DNA of 64,000 nucleotides from Vicugna vicugna (lineage: Eukaryota), in the NCBI GenBank assembly GCA_013265495.1, contig MU058475.1, positions 124,001 through 188,000 on the forward strand, in the 5' to 3' direction. Shown here one piece after another: positions 12,841 to 25,197 of this stretch. Each line of letters starts with the position of its first letter. Position 1 is the stretch's first letter. The translations under genes were made by a program, and so were the position numbers. The notes under the pieces are model-generated. The model was not told where the DNA came from, made no database searches, and saw only the letters and a program-made list of their open reading frames with translations.

Positions 12841-13072
12841 TTATGCTGAAATAAAACTTTGTTTGTTCATTAGTTTTCTGTATATCCCATCTGGTTTTGA
12901 GAGCAGCTCTTCATGCTTCCCGTATTCGGTAATTTTCCCTTGGTCAAGAACTGCCACCATGTTAGCATTCTTAATGGTGGATAGACGATGGGCAATGATT
13001 AACACTGTTCTTCCTTCCATTAGTCGATCGAGAGCTTGCTGTACCAGGTACTCATTTTCAGCATCCAGTGCA
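12841..13072 (-). CDS. ABCB10: ABCB10 exon 13, last coding exon (232 nt; [36 protein letters not shown]...KQSFISA*)
   Basis: Contains D-loop SALD and H-loop IAHR; acceptor tttcag; TAA stop at 12843-12841. Confidence 0.97.
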
Positions 13073-13523
13073 CTGAAACCGGACAACCCACAGGAAAGTG
13101 AAGATGTCAGTGCCACGCACACTGTTAATTCATGTACTTCCTGTTACATGTACAGTGGCCCTTCACGAGCAGTGAATTTTCACTATGATCAACACTGCAA
13201 CTTCCTGGGTCAACTATATATATTTTATATTATAAAGTTACTATTAAAAAAAAAAGAAGCTCTGGACCCTTGATTTCCATAGAACTAGTAATTTGGCAGC
13301 ATTGCCCACTAAAGTGGTCAGAGATTCATCACAAGTGTTTCAACTGGAACTAGAGCCCTCATCTCATGACTCAGCTGGTCCGCTGCCTCCCAGCTGGCGT
13401 TATTGAGTCAGACTCTGTCCCTTTAAAGTCTGAGACATTTCTCAGCTGTTTCACTTGAAAGTAATAAGTTTGTGGTACAGGAAGAATTTGGTTTAATACA
13501 ATTGCACATTAAGATATCCTCAC

Positions 13524-13558
13524 CTGGTTGCTTCATCCAGGAGAAGAATTTTGGGATT
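13524..13558 (-). CDS. ABCB10: ABCB10 exon 12 (35 nt; NPKILLLDEATS, Walker B)
   Basis: Acceptor ccttcag, donor gtgagg; phase 0/2. Confidence 0.95.
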
Positions 13559-13619
13559 CTGAAGGAAAAACATTAAAAAGAAAACGTAACTTTATTAGAA
13601 AAACACAAACTCTTAGGAA

Positions 13620-13985
13620 TAAAAGAAAGTACTGATAAAAGATGCAACACGGATGAGCTTTGAAAACATTATGCTGAGCGCAAAGAGCAAGACACAGTAT
13701 GTCACAGAATGTATGAGTCCATTTGTATGAAATGTCCAGAATAGGCACATCTGTGAAGCAGAAAGTAGACTAGTGGTTACCTGGGGCTGGGGTCCATGGA
13801 GAGAGAAGGCAGTGGGGGTGTGTGAGACTGCTGAAGGGTAGAGGGGTCTCCTTTGGGGGTGATGAAAATGTTCTAAAATTGGTTGTGGTGATGGATGCCC
13901 AACTCTGAATACACTAACACTGAGCTGTAATTTAAATGGGTGAATTTATAGCATGTGCCTATATCACATTAAGCTACTACAAAAA
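13620..13985 (+). mobile_element. Old L1 (L1MB-like) 3' end
   Basis: ccatttgtatgaaatgtccagaataggc...gatgaaaatgttctaaaatt motifs. Confidence 0.7.
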
Positions 13986-14229
13986 AAGAACACAAACTCT
14001 TAAGTGAGATAAGCTCATAAACAGAAGAGTTAGAGATGATTTGAAACCATGACCACAGTCATCACTGAGCTGGACAGTCCTTCTAATGCAGTTTTGCCCT
14101 GCTGGTCAGTCAGTGTGAGGTGGGGACCTAAGGTTACTTAGAGTCTAGATTGTCAAGGTTGTGCTCAGTCTAGTTAGGAGTAGGACACAACACTGAGGAA
14201 AAATAAGAGCAAGCCAAGGTATGTAACAC

Positions 14230-14720
14230 GTTAAATTCCAGCTCTGCCTAGGAACCTACCCACAAGACATGAAAACACACGGAAACAAAGACGTGTGCAC
14301 ATAGTCGTGCTGTTCACAACAGCCCTAAACTGGAGACAACCCAAATGCTCATCACCCAGTGAACGGACGAACTGTGGTCCATCCACACAAAGGAATGTAA
14401 CTCAGCGACAGAAAGGAATAAAGTGCCGATGCTATCCGAGTACAGGAGGCTAGCTGCAGAGGACCACATCCTGCCTGACTCCTTGTATCTGACATGTCCA
14501 GAAAAGGCAAATCTAGACAGACAGAAAGCAGAGTGCTCGGAAAGGTTGGGGGAAGGCTGCAAATGGGTACAAGGGATCTTTTCAGGGTGACAGAAATGTT
14601 CTAAAATTGGACTGTGTGATGGCTGCACAACTGCAAATTTACTAAAAGTCACTGAAAAGTACATTTAAAACTGGTGAATTTTATATGTAAATTAGGTTTA
14701 AAAAAGCCATTTAAAAAATC
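14230..14720 (+). mobile_element. Old L1 (L1MB-like) 3' end
   Basis: aaactggagacaacccaaatg...gaaatgttctaaaattgg motifs. Confidence 0.7.
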
Positions 14721-14989
14721 ACCTATAAATCTGAGCAGAGCAATTATATAACAAAGGGAAGGCTGTTATTTCTTGGAAAAACAAAACAAAACAAAACAAC
14801 ATCCATGACTCTCAGCGTTCCCCTCTCCTCTCAGGAGTCTTGCGTTTAAGTATTTCAAGTCTGTACTGTTGAGTTTAGCAGGTAATTGTTGATCATATAA
14901 GAGGCTATACTTGCATTGTTTTGTTATTTTGATATAATCACTTTCACCAGTTAGACCATATGCTTCTTTTTAAAAATCTTTCTAATTGA

Positions 14990-15138
14990 TTATCTTTTTA
15001 TTTTTTGACTTATTTTGGGGAAAGGAGATAATTAGGTTTCTATTTATTTCAGTATTTATTTTTAATGGAGGGACTGGGGATCGAACCCAGGACCTCGTGC
15101 AAGCTAAGCACACGCTCTACCCCTGAGCTATACCTCCC
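14990..15138 (-). mobile_element. tRNA-Ala-derived vic-1-like SINE
   Basis: Reverse complement of the SINE head. Confidence 0.85.
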
Positions 15139-15415
15139 ATACCGTACACTTCTTCATGGAAGATCCATGTGTTAAACTCCTCTCCGTCTGGCAACGCTCG
15201 CACAGTACTGTGCTCCTAATGCTCATGATGTACTTGTTACATTTGAACAAGTACTTGGTGGCACACCCAACCCCCCTTTCACCAGAACTGCCAACCACAT
15301 GCCTTCCCTCCCCACCAAAAGAAAGGAAGAAGAAGAAAAATAGCATATTACAAATTACAAGGTCCCTAATTAAAAGCAACACGAAAAAACCCCAGCCAAG
15401 GGGCTTCAGGCTTAC

Positions 15416-15459
15416 CTTAAGCAGAGCACGGGCAATTGCAATCCGCTGTTTCTGCCCAC
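15416..15459 (-). CDS. ABCB10: ABCB10 exon 11 (44 nt; GGQKQRIAIARALLK, second half of ABC signature)
   Basis: Acceptor ttttcag, donor gtaagc; phase 1/0. Confidence 0.96.
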
Positions 15460-17469
15460 CTGAAAATGACCATTGTATTTTTTTTAAATTGAAAGCCTTA
15501 ACAAAAATTCTTGGTAACAGGCTTTTCTGATAAGCTGTGTGGCAATCTGAAGGTAGCTTCTCCCAGTCAGTCATAGCTGAGACAGATGGGAGAGCGGAAA
15601 CCTATGTTTTAAATACCCTGTTTCCTCACCAGTCTAAAGGCTAGCAATGACAAGTTGCCATCAGAGCGAACGCTGTGGCATCCTTCTGCACCAGGCATGT
15701 TCTAAAGACGCTACATGTATTATCTCATTCAGTCTCAAAAACAAGCCCATCAAGCACGTCCTACCTACAGCAACTCCCTTTTTACAGATGAAGAACTGGC
15801 ACAAAGCACCTGCCCGGTCGGTCAGCGGCAGAGCCAAGGCCTCAGCTGCGCAGGGGGCTGTGCTTTCAACCACACAAGTACCGCCCCCGCAGCAGAACAC
15901 CCCAGGGACAGGGGAGCGGGGCACTCAAGGTATTTAGAGGTTTCTGAAGGGCACGTGAGCTGCATGGGCGCAAAGCACATCAGTGAGACGGGCTCTGTCA
16001 GCCTGCTGTTCTGCCTCAGCGCGCTGCTCGGTTCCTTCCCCCTCACCTTATTCTCTTCCTTTCCCTGCCCTGCCAACAGCTGGCACATGGAGCAATGAGT
16101 GAGAGAGAGAGAGAGAGAATGTTTAGGTGTGTGTCAGTGTATGAAGCTGGAGGCAACAAATGGAGTCAGCCTCTCTAATGCCCCCTTTTCTAAAACTCAA
16201 ATTCTACTAAACCAAGGGAGCAGACGTGGGGGGTCGGTGAGTGGGGGAAACATAAAAGGTCAGACAGCTGCTGACTTCCCTTCCTCATCTCTCTTTCACA
16301 CCACCCTCTCTCCTTCCTCCCAGGGGACACTAAGTTACCACCAGTAAAGCCTCAGAGAGCAGTACTCAGAACTCACCCCTCCCAACTTCATTTTAGAAAA
16401 CTCAATTCCATTTTTGGTGACGAAAACATTCCTTTCTGGTTGATTTTATTGGCTGAACATACTTGTTAATAGTAATTGGTACACACAATTTCACTTAAAA
16501 GAAGTTAATCATTTAGACTGAAATGTATGGTGCTGCTAAAAGCCGCCCGCAGACAGGCAAGCCCACGCTCCCGACGAGGGCAGGAAGAAGAGCACGGTCT
16601 TCCCGAAGCCCTCTGCCTGGGGGGCTCAGCGCTCCGTGTGGGTCGGCAGAGCTGCCGGCGAGGGCGGCGGCCAGCTCTGTGGAATCCCCGGTGCCACGCA
16701 GCACACCACCCATCTACCGCCGGCTGGCCTTTCTCCCGCCCAGAGAGTGACGGTGCACCGAAACCCTCGGGCACTTTCACTGCGGAACAGAGCTGGGGGG
16801 TCGCGGTAGCGAAAGGGACCTGCAGAAGCCGCTCCAAGGGAGAAGGTGATGTGCTTGCGGGCCGGCGTGCAGGTGGCTCCCAACCCCACATGCCCCTGCC
16901 CGATCATTTCACCATGAGCAGCCGAAACTGGTGTCCTGCCCGAGGACATGTTTCAGAGATGGAGCAGCACTTCACGCGTGCACAACAATATGTAATTCTA
17001 CTCCTGGAACTTCCCGATTATCAAAAACATTTTTTATCTACTGCCTATAGTTTGAAGAAATCACACACCATTAACTGAAAACATTTGTGTTAAATTTTCT
17101 GTCGTTTAAGTTCAAGCAAAAAGAGTTGGAAAGCACTGTTGCTCCAATCCAGCCTGGCAGCCTCTGCACTGACACGGTGTCCACCCTCTGCTTAGACACT
17201 TGCAGTGACAGAGGGCTCACATTGTGAAAGGAAGCACATTACAATATTTGTAATAAAAAACAATCTGTGTTAAACCAAAATTTTATTTGCCTATTATTGG
17301 TCCCCCTTCTGCACTCTAAAGCAACAGAACCATTTCTCCTTCCCTCCGGGAAACATGGCCCCAGGACGAGATCTGACCTGCTGGGTGAGCCCTGACGTCA
17401 CAGGGAGCAGAGACAGCGGCGCACGCCTGTGAGCCCCTCGTCCGCCAGGATGGGGAACTGAGGACTGCA

Positions 17470-17675
17470 CGTGGGCCAGTCTGACCCAGGGCCTGTCTGT
17501 GCACAGCCTCAAGCTAAGAATGGTTTTTACATTTTAAAAGGATTGTTTAAAAAAGAAACAAAGACTGTGTGACAGAGATCACATGTGGCCCATAAAACTT
17601 GAAATATTTAAAAAAAACCAAAATCCTAACATATTTATTCTCTGGCCCTTTATAGAAGAAGTTTGCCGGCTCTGG
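17470..17675. mobile_element. MER58-like DNA transposon fragment
   Basis: agctaagaatggtttttacatttt...tctggccctttatagaagaagtttgcc terminus. Confidence 0.55.
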
Positions 17676-18088
17676 GTCCAAGACAGAACCTGCAAAGTGG
17701 GGAGTAACGGGCTCCTTCGTTGCACTTCTGCTCCTGACTCGGGCTCTGCCTCCCTTAGCAAGTCATGTTGCCACCTGGTATCTGTCTCATTTTCTACAAT
17801 TTTCAAGGATCTCGAGTTGCAAAACACACCTTTCCTCAGATGAGAAAAAGCGGCTGTGGCTGAGTACTACTCAGTGGGACACCCAGTGAGAATCTGGAAA
17901 TACCTTTGGGGTAGAAAGTGGAGGAAACCGGGTTGCTGTCCACAAACAAGAGAGATTTTAGAAAGTGAAAAAGATGAATTTCATCAATTTAAGGACAAAA
18001 GCCTAATTAGAAAATTATACTGTGGTACGAAATGTCTGGAGTTTTTGGAGCAGAGTTTTGCTACAAAGCAGTAATAACAAAAAGGTAC

Positions 18089-18269
18089 CTGAAAGGAGCA
18101 CGCCCTTTTCTCCAACCACGGTGTTGAATCCTTGAGGGAAGTTTCGGATGAAAGCAGCTGCGTTGGCTACGCGGGCCACTTTCTCCACCTGCTCGGCAGT
18201 CACCAGGGAAGGGTCGTCGGCACCATAAGCGATGTTCTCCGCAATTGAGCAGGAAAACAAAATTGGTTC
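18089..18269 (-). CDS. ABCB10: ABCB10 exon 10 (181 nt; [60 protein letters not shown])
   Basis: Acceptor ttcgtag, donor gtacct; LSGGQ is completed across intron 10. Confidence 0.96.
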
Positions 18270-18705
18270 CTACGAATTGGAAATACAATGTATTTATTGC
18301 AAATTTCAACTGTCTAGGAAACACAGGGGAGCTTAGTAAGCACTTACATCTGAGAAACGATTAAACCGCTCCCAAAGAGTGTATACTGTTTTCCTGGTTC
18401 TACTTCCTCACGCTCCATAAATTCACCCACTGGATGATTTAAAAATTCATGTATTACCATGAGCAGGACTGACTATATCATCTAAAGTTTCCCCACACTG
18501 CAGGAAATGGGATTCCCCTACCATCCATATGACTGGTACGCAGTAGGCCCTCCACAAATGCAAGTTCTCCTTCAGGAGGAAGACTGAGCTGGTCTGCATT
18601 TCCCAGCTGCCTGCCTTCCACTAATGGAAAAATCCATCTGTATCTACTACTTTTTGAAACATAAACAAAGCAGACAGGAATGGGGCATTTGGACAGAACT
18701 ATTCT

Positions 18706-18860
18706 TTTTTTTAATTTGTTTTCTCTCTCTCTTTCTTTTTTTGCGGTAGGAAGTAATCGAGTTTATTTACTTGTTTTTTTTAATGGAGGTACTGGGGATT
18801 GAACCCAGGAACTTATGCGTGCTAGGCATGCACTCTACCACTGAACTATATCCTCCCCAC
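18706..18860 (-). mobile_element. vic-1-like SINE sitting in the A tail of the adjacent L1
   Basis: SINE head lies immediately 3' (minus strand) of the L1 AATAAA/A tail. Confidence 0.85.
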
Positions 18861-21325
18861 TTTAATTCTTATTTTTTATTGAAATGTAGTCGATTTACAA
18901 TATTAGTTTCATGTATACAGCAAAGTGATTCAGTTATACACATACATGCATTTTTTTTCAGATTTTCTTCCATTACAGCTCATTACAAGAAAATGAATTT
19001 AGTTCCCTGTGATATACACTAGGTCCTTGTTGTTTATCTATTTTATATACAGTAATGTGTGTCTATTAATCCCAAACTCCTAATCTATCCCTCCCCCCTC
19101 ACCCAGTAACCACAGTTTGTTTTCTGTGTCCATGAGTCTATTTCTGGTTTGCAAATAAAATTTGCATTTTTTTTGGATTCCACATGTGAGAGACATCATA
19201 TGATATTTATCTTTGTCTGACTTACTTCACTTAATATGATAATCTTTAGGTCCATCCATGTTGCTACAAATGGCATTATTTCATTCTTTTTTATGAAAAG
19301 GTAATATTTCATTGTATATAGAGACCACATCTTCTTTATCCAGTCATCTGTCGACGGACATTTAGGTCGCTTCCATGTCTTGGCTATTGTATATAGTGCT
19401 GCTATGAACACTGGGGTGCATGTGTCTTTTCAAATTATAGTTATCTTTGGATATATGCCCAGAAGTGGGGGGTTACTGGATCATATGGTAAGTCTATGTT
19501 TAGTTTTTTAAGGAGATAACAGTGGCTGCACCAATTTACATTCCCACCAGCAGTGCAGGAGGGTTCCCTTTTCTCCACACCCTCGCCAGCATTTATTATT
19601 TGTAGACTTTTTAATGACGGCCATTCTGACTGGTGTGAGGTGGTACCGCACTGTAGTTTTGATTTGCACTTCTCTAATAATGAGCAATACTGAGCATCTG
19701 TTCATGTGCCTGTTGGCCATCTGGATGTCTTCTTCGGAGAAATGCCTATTTAGGTCTTCTGCCCATTTTTTGACTGGGTTGCTTGCTTCTGTTGGTATTA
19801 AGCCGTATGAACCATTTGTATATTTTGGAAATTAGTCCCTTGTCAGTCACATCATTTGCAAATATTTTCTCCCATTCTGTAGGTTGTGTTTTCATTTTGT
19901 TTATGGTATCCTTAGCTGTGCAAAAGCTTTTAAGTTCAATTAGGTCCCCTTTGTTTATTTTTGCTTTTATTTCCATTACTCCAGGAGCTAGTTCAAAAAA
20001 AAAATTGCTGTGACTTACTCAAAGAGTGTTCTGCCCATGGTTTCCTTTAGGAGTTTTACAGTAGGTTTATTCCTAGATATTTTATTCTTTTTGATGCGAT
20101 GGTAAGTGGGATTATTTCCCTAATTTCTTTTTATATTTTTATATGTTATATTTTATATAGCATATAGAAATGCAACTGATTTCTGTATATTAATTTTGTA
20201 CCCTGCAACTTTACTGAATTCATTGATGAGCTCTAGTGTTTTTCTGGTAGCGTTGTTAGGATTCCACATGTGAGAGACATCATGTCATCCGCAAACAGTG
20301 CCAGTTTTACTTCTTTTCCAATTCGGATTCCTTTTATTTCTTTTTCTTCTTTGACTACTGTGGCTAGGACTTCCAAAACTATGTTGAATAAAGGTGGCAA
20401 GAGTGGGCATCCTTATCTTGTTCCTGAACTTAGAGGAAATGCTCCCAGCTTTTCCCCGCTGACTGTGATGTTAGCCGTGAGCTTGTCACACACGGCCTTT
20501 ATTACGTTGAGGTATGTTCTGTCTGTACCCACTTCCTGGAGAGTTTTTATAACTGGATGTTGAATTTTATCACAAGCTTCTTCTGCAACTATTGAGATGA
20601 TCATGTGGTTTTTATTCTTCATTTCGTCGATGTGGGGCATCACACTGGTTTGCAGACACTGAGAAACCCCTGCATCCCTGGATTCACCCCACTTGCTCAG
20701 GGCATACGACCCTTTTAACGTGTTGTTGGAGTCAATTTGCTAGTATTTTGTTGAAGATTTTTGCATCGATATTCATAAGTGGTATTAGTCTGTAATTTTC
20801 TTTTTTTGCAATATCTTTGTCTGGTTTTGGTATCAGGGTGATGGTGGCCTCACAGAATGAGTTCAGAAGTGTTCCTTCCTCTGCACTTTTTGGGAACAGT
20901 TTCAGAAGGATAGGTGTTAACTCTTCACTAAATGTTTGGTAGAATTCCTCTGTGAAACCATCTGGTCCTGACTTTTGCTTGTTGGGAGTTTTTCAATGAC
21001 TGACTCAGTATCAGTGCTGGTAACTGGTCTGTTCATATGTCTGTTTCTTCCTGGCTCAGTCTTGGCAAATCGCACCTTGCTAAGAAATTGTCCATTTCTT
21101 CTAGGTTGTCCTTTTTGTTGACATAGAGTTGCCACAGTAGCCTCATATGAGCCCTTCCAGTCTTATGGTGTCAGCTGTAGCTTCTTTTTCATTTCTGATT
21201 TTATTAATTGGGGCTGTCTCCCTTTTTTCTTGATGAGTCTGGCTACCGGTTTATCAATGATGTTTATCTTTTCAAAGAACCAGCTTTTTGTTTCACTGAT
21301 CTTTTCTATCGTTTTTTTTTTTTTT

Positions 21326-21370
<45 letters not shown>

Positions 21371-22138
21371 TCTCTATTTCACTTATTTCTGCTCTAATCT
21401 TTATGGTTTCTTTCCTTCTAACAAGGAAAGTTTTATTTGTTCTTCTTTCTCTAACTGCTTGAGATGTAAGGTTAGGTTGTTCACTAGATATTTTTCTTGT
21501 TTCCTGAGGTAGGCCTGTATTGCTAACAACTTCCCTCTGAGAACTGCCTTTGCTGCGTCCCAGAGGTTTTGGACTGCCATGTTTCTGTCTTCATTTGTCT
21601 CTAAGTATTTTTTTATTTCCGCTTTGATTTCCTCAGCAATCCGTTGGCTGCCGAGTAGCACACTGGTAAGCCTCCACGTTAGTGGTTTTTTGCGATATTT
21701 TTCTTGTAGCTGATTTCTAATCTCACAGCATTGTGGTCAGGAAAGATGTGACATGGTTTCAATTTTCTTAAATTTATGAGGCTCACTTTGTAGGCCAACA
21801 TGTGCTCTATCGTGGAGGATGTTCCACGTGCACCTGAGAAGTCTGTGTGTTCTGCTGCTTTCGGACAGAATGCTCTGGAAATATCAACGAAGTCCATCTA
21901 GTCTAATGTGTCATCTAGGGCCTGTATTTCCTTACTGATTTTTTTGTCTGGATAATCTGTCCACTGACGTAAGTGGGGTGTTCAGGTCCCCACTGTGATT
22001 GTGCTACTGTCGAGTCCTCCTTTTATGTCTGTTAACAGTTGCCTTATACACTGAGCTGCTCCTATGTTGGGTGCACATATATTTACAACTGCTATACCCT
22101 CTTCTTGTTGGATTGACCCCTTGATCATTATGTAGTGA
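18861..22138 (-). mobile_element. 5'-truncated degenerate L1 (ORF2 endonuclease to C-terminus plus 3' UTR), sense to ABCB10, with a probable internal deletion near 20062
   Basis: ORF fragments HYIMIKGSIQQE, NLWDAAKAVLRGK, KNKNHMIISI, EWEKIFAN, MFIAALYTIAKTWK. Imperfect TSD ACAGAACTATTCT (18693-18705) / ACAAAACCATTCT (22139-22151) encloses both SINE and L1. Confidence 0.93.
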
Positions 22139-22884
22139 ACAAAACCATTCTGTGGAATAGTCCTGAAAAGCAGATACATTTCCAGTTTCTTTTCTCCATC
22201 CCTAATGAAGATACTGCATTGCTGTGATCCTTAAACTACCAAGCCAGCCCCGTCACTGCCCCACCTGCCCCTCACACAGCGGAGTGGGGCTGACGATAAG
22301 GTCTGAGGGGGTGCTCGTTAGAGGGAGAGGCCCAGAACTGGGGGAAAGCTTGGGTTTGTCTGCTGTGCACATGGCCTGGTAATAAAAATACAAATAGCTG
22401 CGTCAAATTTCCCTGCACCAAGTGATCCTGTGAAAACAGTCTCATCAAAAAGACTATATTACATTAACACTCTTGAAATCTGCAACCTCTTTGCAAGGGG
22501 ACCCTGGCTCTTGCCATAGTCTTTGCTTGCTTATCTCTGAAACCCTTTATGTAAAATAGCAGACTGGCTAGTAATGAAAATGGGAATTGGGGAAGAGTCA
22601 GTAGAAGCTAAAAGGTTGTGTCATTTTCTCCCCTAGTTTCCTAGACTATCTGCATTGCAGTGATGTCAGTCCCTAGCTACTGATGAAATGCCAGTGCTTC
22701 AAGTGGTTAGTGACTAAGGTCTTCAGGAAACAGCACTATTTACAACTCTAAACAACTTGCCTGTGAGATTACATTAGTACATCTGGAAAACTTCTCTTTT
22801 GAGAGGTTCAAGACCAAGGAAAAAACAAATGACAAAAACAGTTTTAAAAGAAAATGTAATAAAAATGGAACCCCCTCCTCTTAC

Positions 22885-22964
22885 CTGACTCACAGTCCCA
22901 ATCTTGGATCTCAGCCAGACTGGATTTAGCTGACGAATATCACGGCCATCAAGACTGATAGTTC
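22885..22964 (-). CDS. ABCB10: ABCB10 exon 9 (80 nt; [28 protein letters not shown]-loop)
   Basis: Acceptor tgcaag (AAG type), donor gtaaga; phase 1/0. Confidence 0.95.
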
Positions 22965-23800
22965 CTTGCAGAGAGGAAAGGAAAGAGTCACTGAGTGTCC
23001 TGGGGTCAATGAAGGACGTAAACACAGAAAGGATCTGGTGGGAAAATGTCAGACTTAGTTTTTTAAAGATTAAAAGTACACTCAGAATCTCCAAACAGAA
23101 TCTAAAACCAACATATTCTAGGGAACTTCGGAGCCAAAAGGGAACTTCTGGGTCTCCCATGCCTCCTGTCTCCCTGCAGTGGTTACATGGCTAGCCCACC
23201 TAGTTCATCCATCCAGCTCACCTTCCTGCATGAACATAGCTGGAGGGGACTCTGTTATCTGCAACTAACAATCTGACTGACATCGTGGCAGAGCTTTCAA
23301 ATAATCAGATGCATCTCTGTGACTTTAGCCAACAGAATTAACTGTACACCTTGAGGGAACTCAATCGTGCTTCATGATAGTGATGGCAGCGGCCAACATA
23401 ATCCAAAACGGGAGCTGGCGCGGACAGACATTGACCCCACGGCACTGCCGCGGGCGCCTGTGCTCAGCGGCTCATGAGGCGCCTGCTCGGAGCCCTTCTC
23501 CCAGTAAGGGCCTCCCGTCAGAAGGGGACACTAGCATGGACGATCAGGAGGTGGAATTCAGGAAGTCACTCTGGACTCGCAGATATGCAACATGCCTGAC
23601 AGGCTTTCTGTATGAGCTGTCATAGCCTGAAAAGTGAAACCTTTGTTTAAGAGATTCCTTTCCTGAGAACAAACCCCCTGGCATTCAGAACTCTCACACT
23701 ACCAGGTTTCTGCATAATCTGACCCTCTCCCAGGGCGCAGGAGAAGCAGGGCTCCGGAGAGCCCCCCCGCCCCGGTCCTACAACGAGGTGAGCCACTCAC

Positions 23801-24010
23801 CAGAATCGGGGTCATACAGCCTCAGGAGGAGGGAAATCGCTGTTGATTTGCCAGAGCCACTTGGGCCAACCAGCGCTGTGACTGACCCTGACGGGATGGA
23901 AAGGCTGAAATCCTGGAATATGGGCACTTCTGGCCGAGCTGGGTAGGCGAAATGCACATTCTTGAACTCCAAAGCACCCTGGAAGCTTTTCTCATTTAAA
24001 ACGACCCCCT
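23801..24010 (-). CDS. ABCB10: ABCB10 exon 8 (210 nt; [29 protein letters not shown]...GPSGSGKST...YDPDS, Walker A)
   Basis: Acceptor gtttcag, donor gtgagt; Walker [10 protein letters not shown]. Confidence 0.97.
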
Positions 24011-25197
24011 CTGAAACATAAAATAGAATCCTAATTACTCAGTGCAGAGATCACACTCAGAAGCTGAACTCGGCTCTCCCACCTAACTGGCCACAGGTGG
24101 CGGCCGGCGCAGCTGGTCCTGGAGCACGAGCTCCCACTGGGCCCGCCAGGAAGAAGCCTCCGTCTAACGCTCACCTGGCCTGCTCCGCACCGCCAGGCAC
24201 AAGGCACTACACGTCTGCATCCTGTTTGATTCCCTCAGCCTTGAGAAGTGCAAGTCACTGTCCCAATTTTACTGACAGGACACTGAGGCTCAGAGACAAG
24301 CACCTGCCCACGGTCTCCAACCAGCTGCCCTCTCCCTGTGCCGCTGCCTCTGCAGTCCCCCTGGCCTAGGGTTTCTCTCACCTCCTCTAAATAAAGGTCT
24401 TGAGAGGATGACGATGCACAGGTGGTGCTGCACAACAGCCATGGAGCTCGAAGGGGTCAGAGGCCGAATCTGTCCTGGTCCTACCTTGCTACTGACTTGG
24501 GAGAGGCTGCTCAATCTCTCACAATTGGGCTTCTCTCTTCCAGCCAATCCTACAGGAGAGTCCTGGCTATTCCCTTACTGGCCGAGGCTACCCAACAATG
24601 TCCCAGGCATCAGTGAGTGGTTGGGACTGGTTACTGCTCACAGCCATCCTCCTGTGCCCTCGCTAGCTGGCCCAGGCCACACGGCTCTCCTAAGTACTAG
24701 CTTCCAGGGAAGCAGCTGATGAAAGAGAGGGTTCTAGCCGATTGGTACCAGCATCCTCCACCCCACCTCCAAAAGCCAAGCAATTTAGAGGCTTTTGTAC
24801 GTGTAATTCCTCTTCCTTTCCTTCTGTCCTCCACACAAACATCAACATCACTAAGGAAGACAGATCTGGTGGACTGGCCGAGGACCTTCCTCTGTGCGCC
24901 CAAGCTGCCCTCACTTCTATCCTGCTGTTTGTCGTAACAAATTACCTGCAAGGAGGTAAACAGTGGCTGCACACTGTGTGGGCAGTCCCTTGGCTTCCAG
25001 GGACACCCTCGGGCCCCAGAGCAGCACCCCAGCAACCGTCTTTCCTCACTGCCCACCCCTCTGAGCACTCTGTCCCTGTCATGTGGAAGGGACGTCTTGG
25101 TCATGCTCATCGTTCACAGGTAGTGCAGGAAGCTGATCTGTCTAAAACCACATCTGTTTAATCCTAGCGAAGAAAAACAAACCCATTTCAGACCCAC

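Noticed and set aside
12833..13273. 146-aa plus-strand ORF (and similar ones at 31255, 35613, 36782)
   Set aside because: Antisense shadows of ABCB10 exons.
16505..17078. 183-aa and overlapping ORFs in intron 10
   Set aside because: No recognisable homology; low-complexity Arg/Pro/Ala composition explained by local GC richness.
19196..22179. Functional L1 ORF2 or domesticated reverse transcriptase
   Set aside because: Broken into many short frames, with a probable internal deletion and a poly(T) expansion; no ORF1 or 5' UTR.
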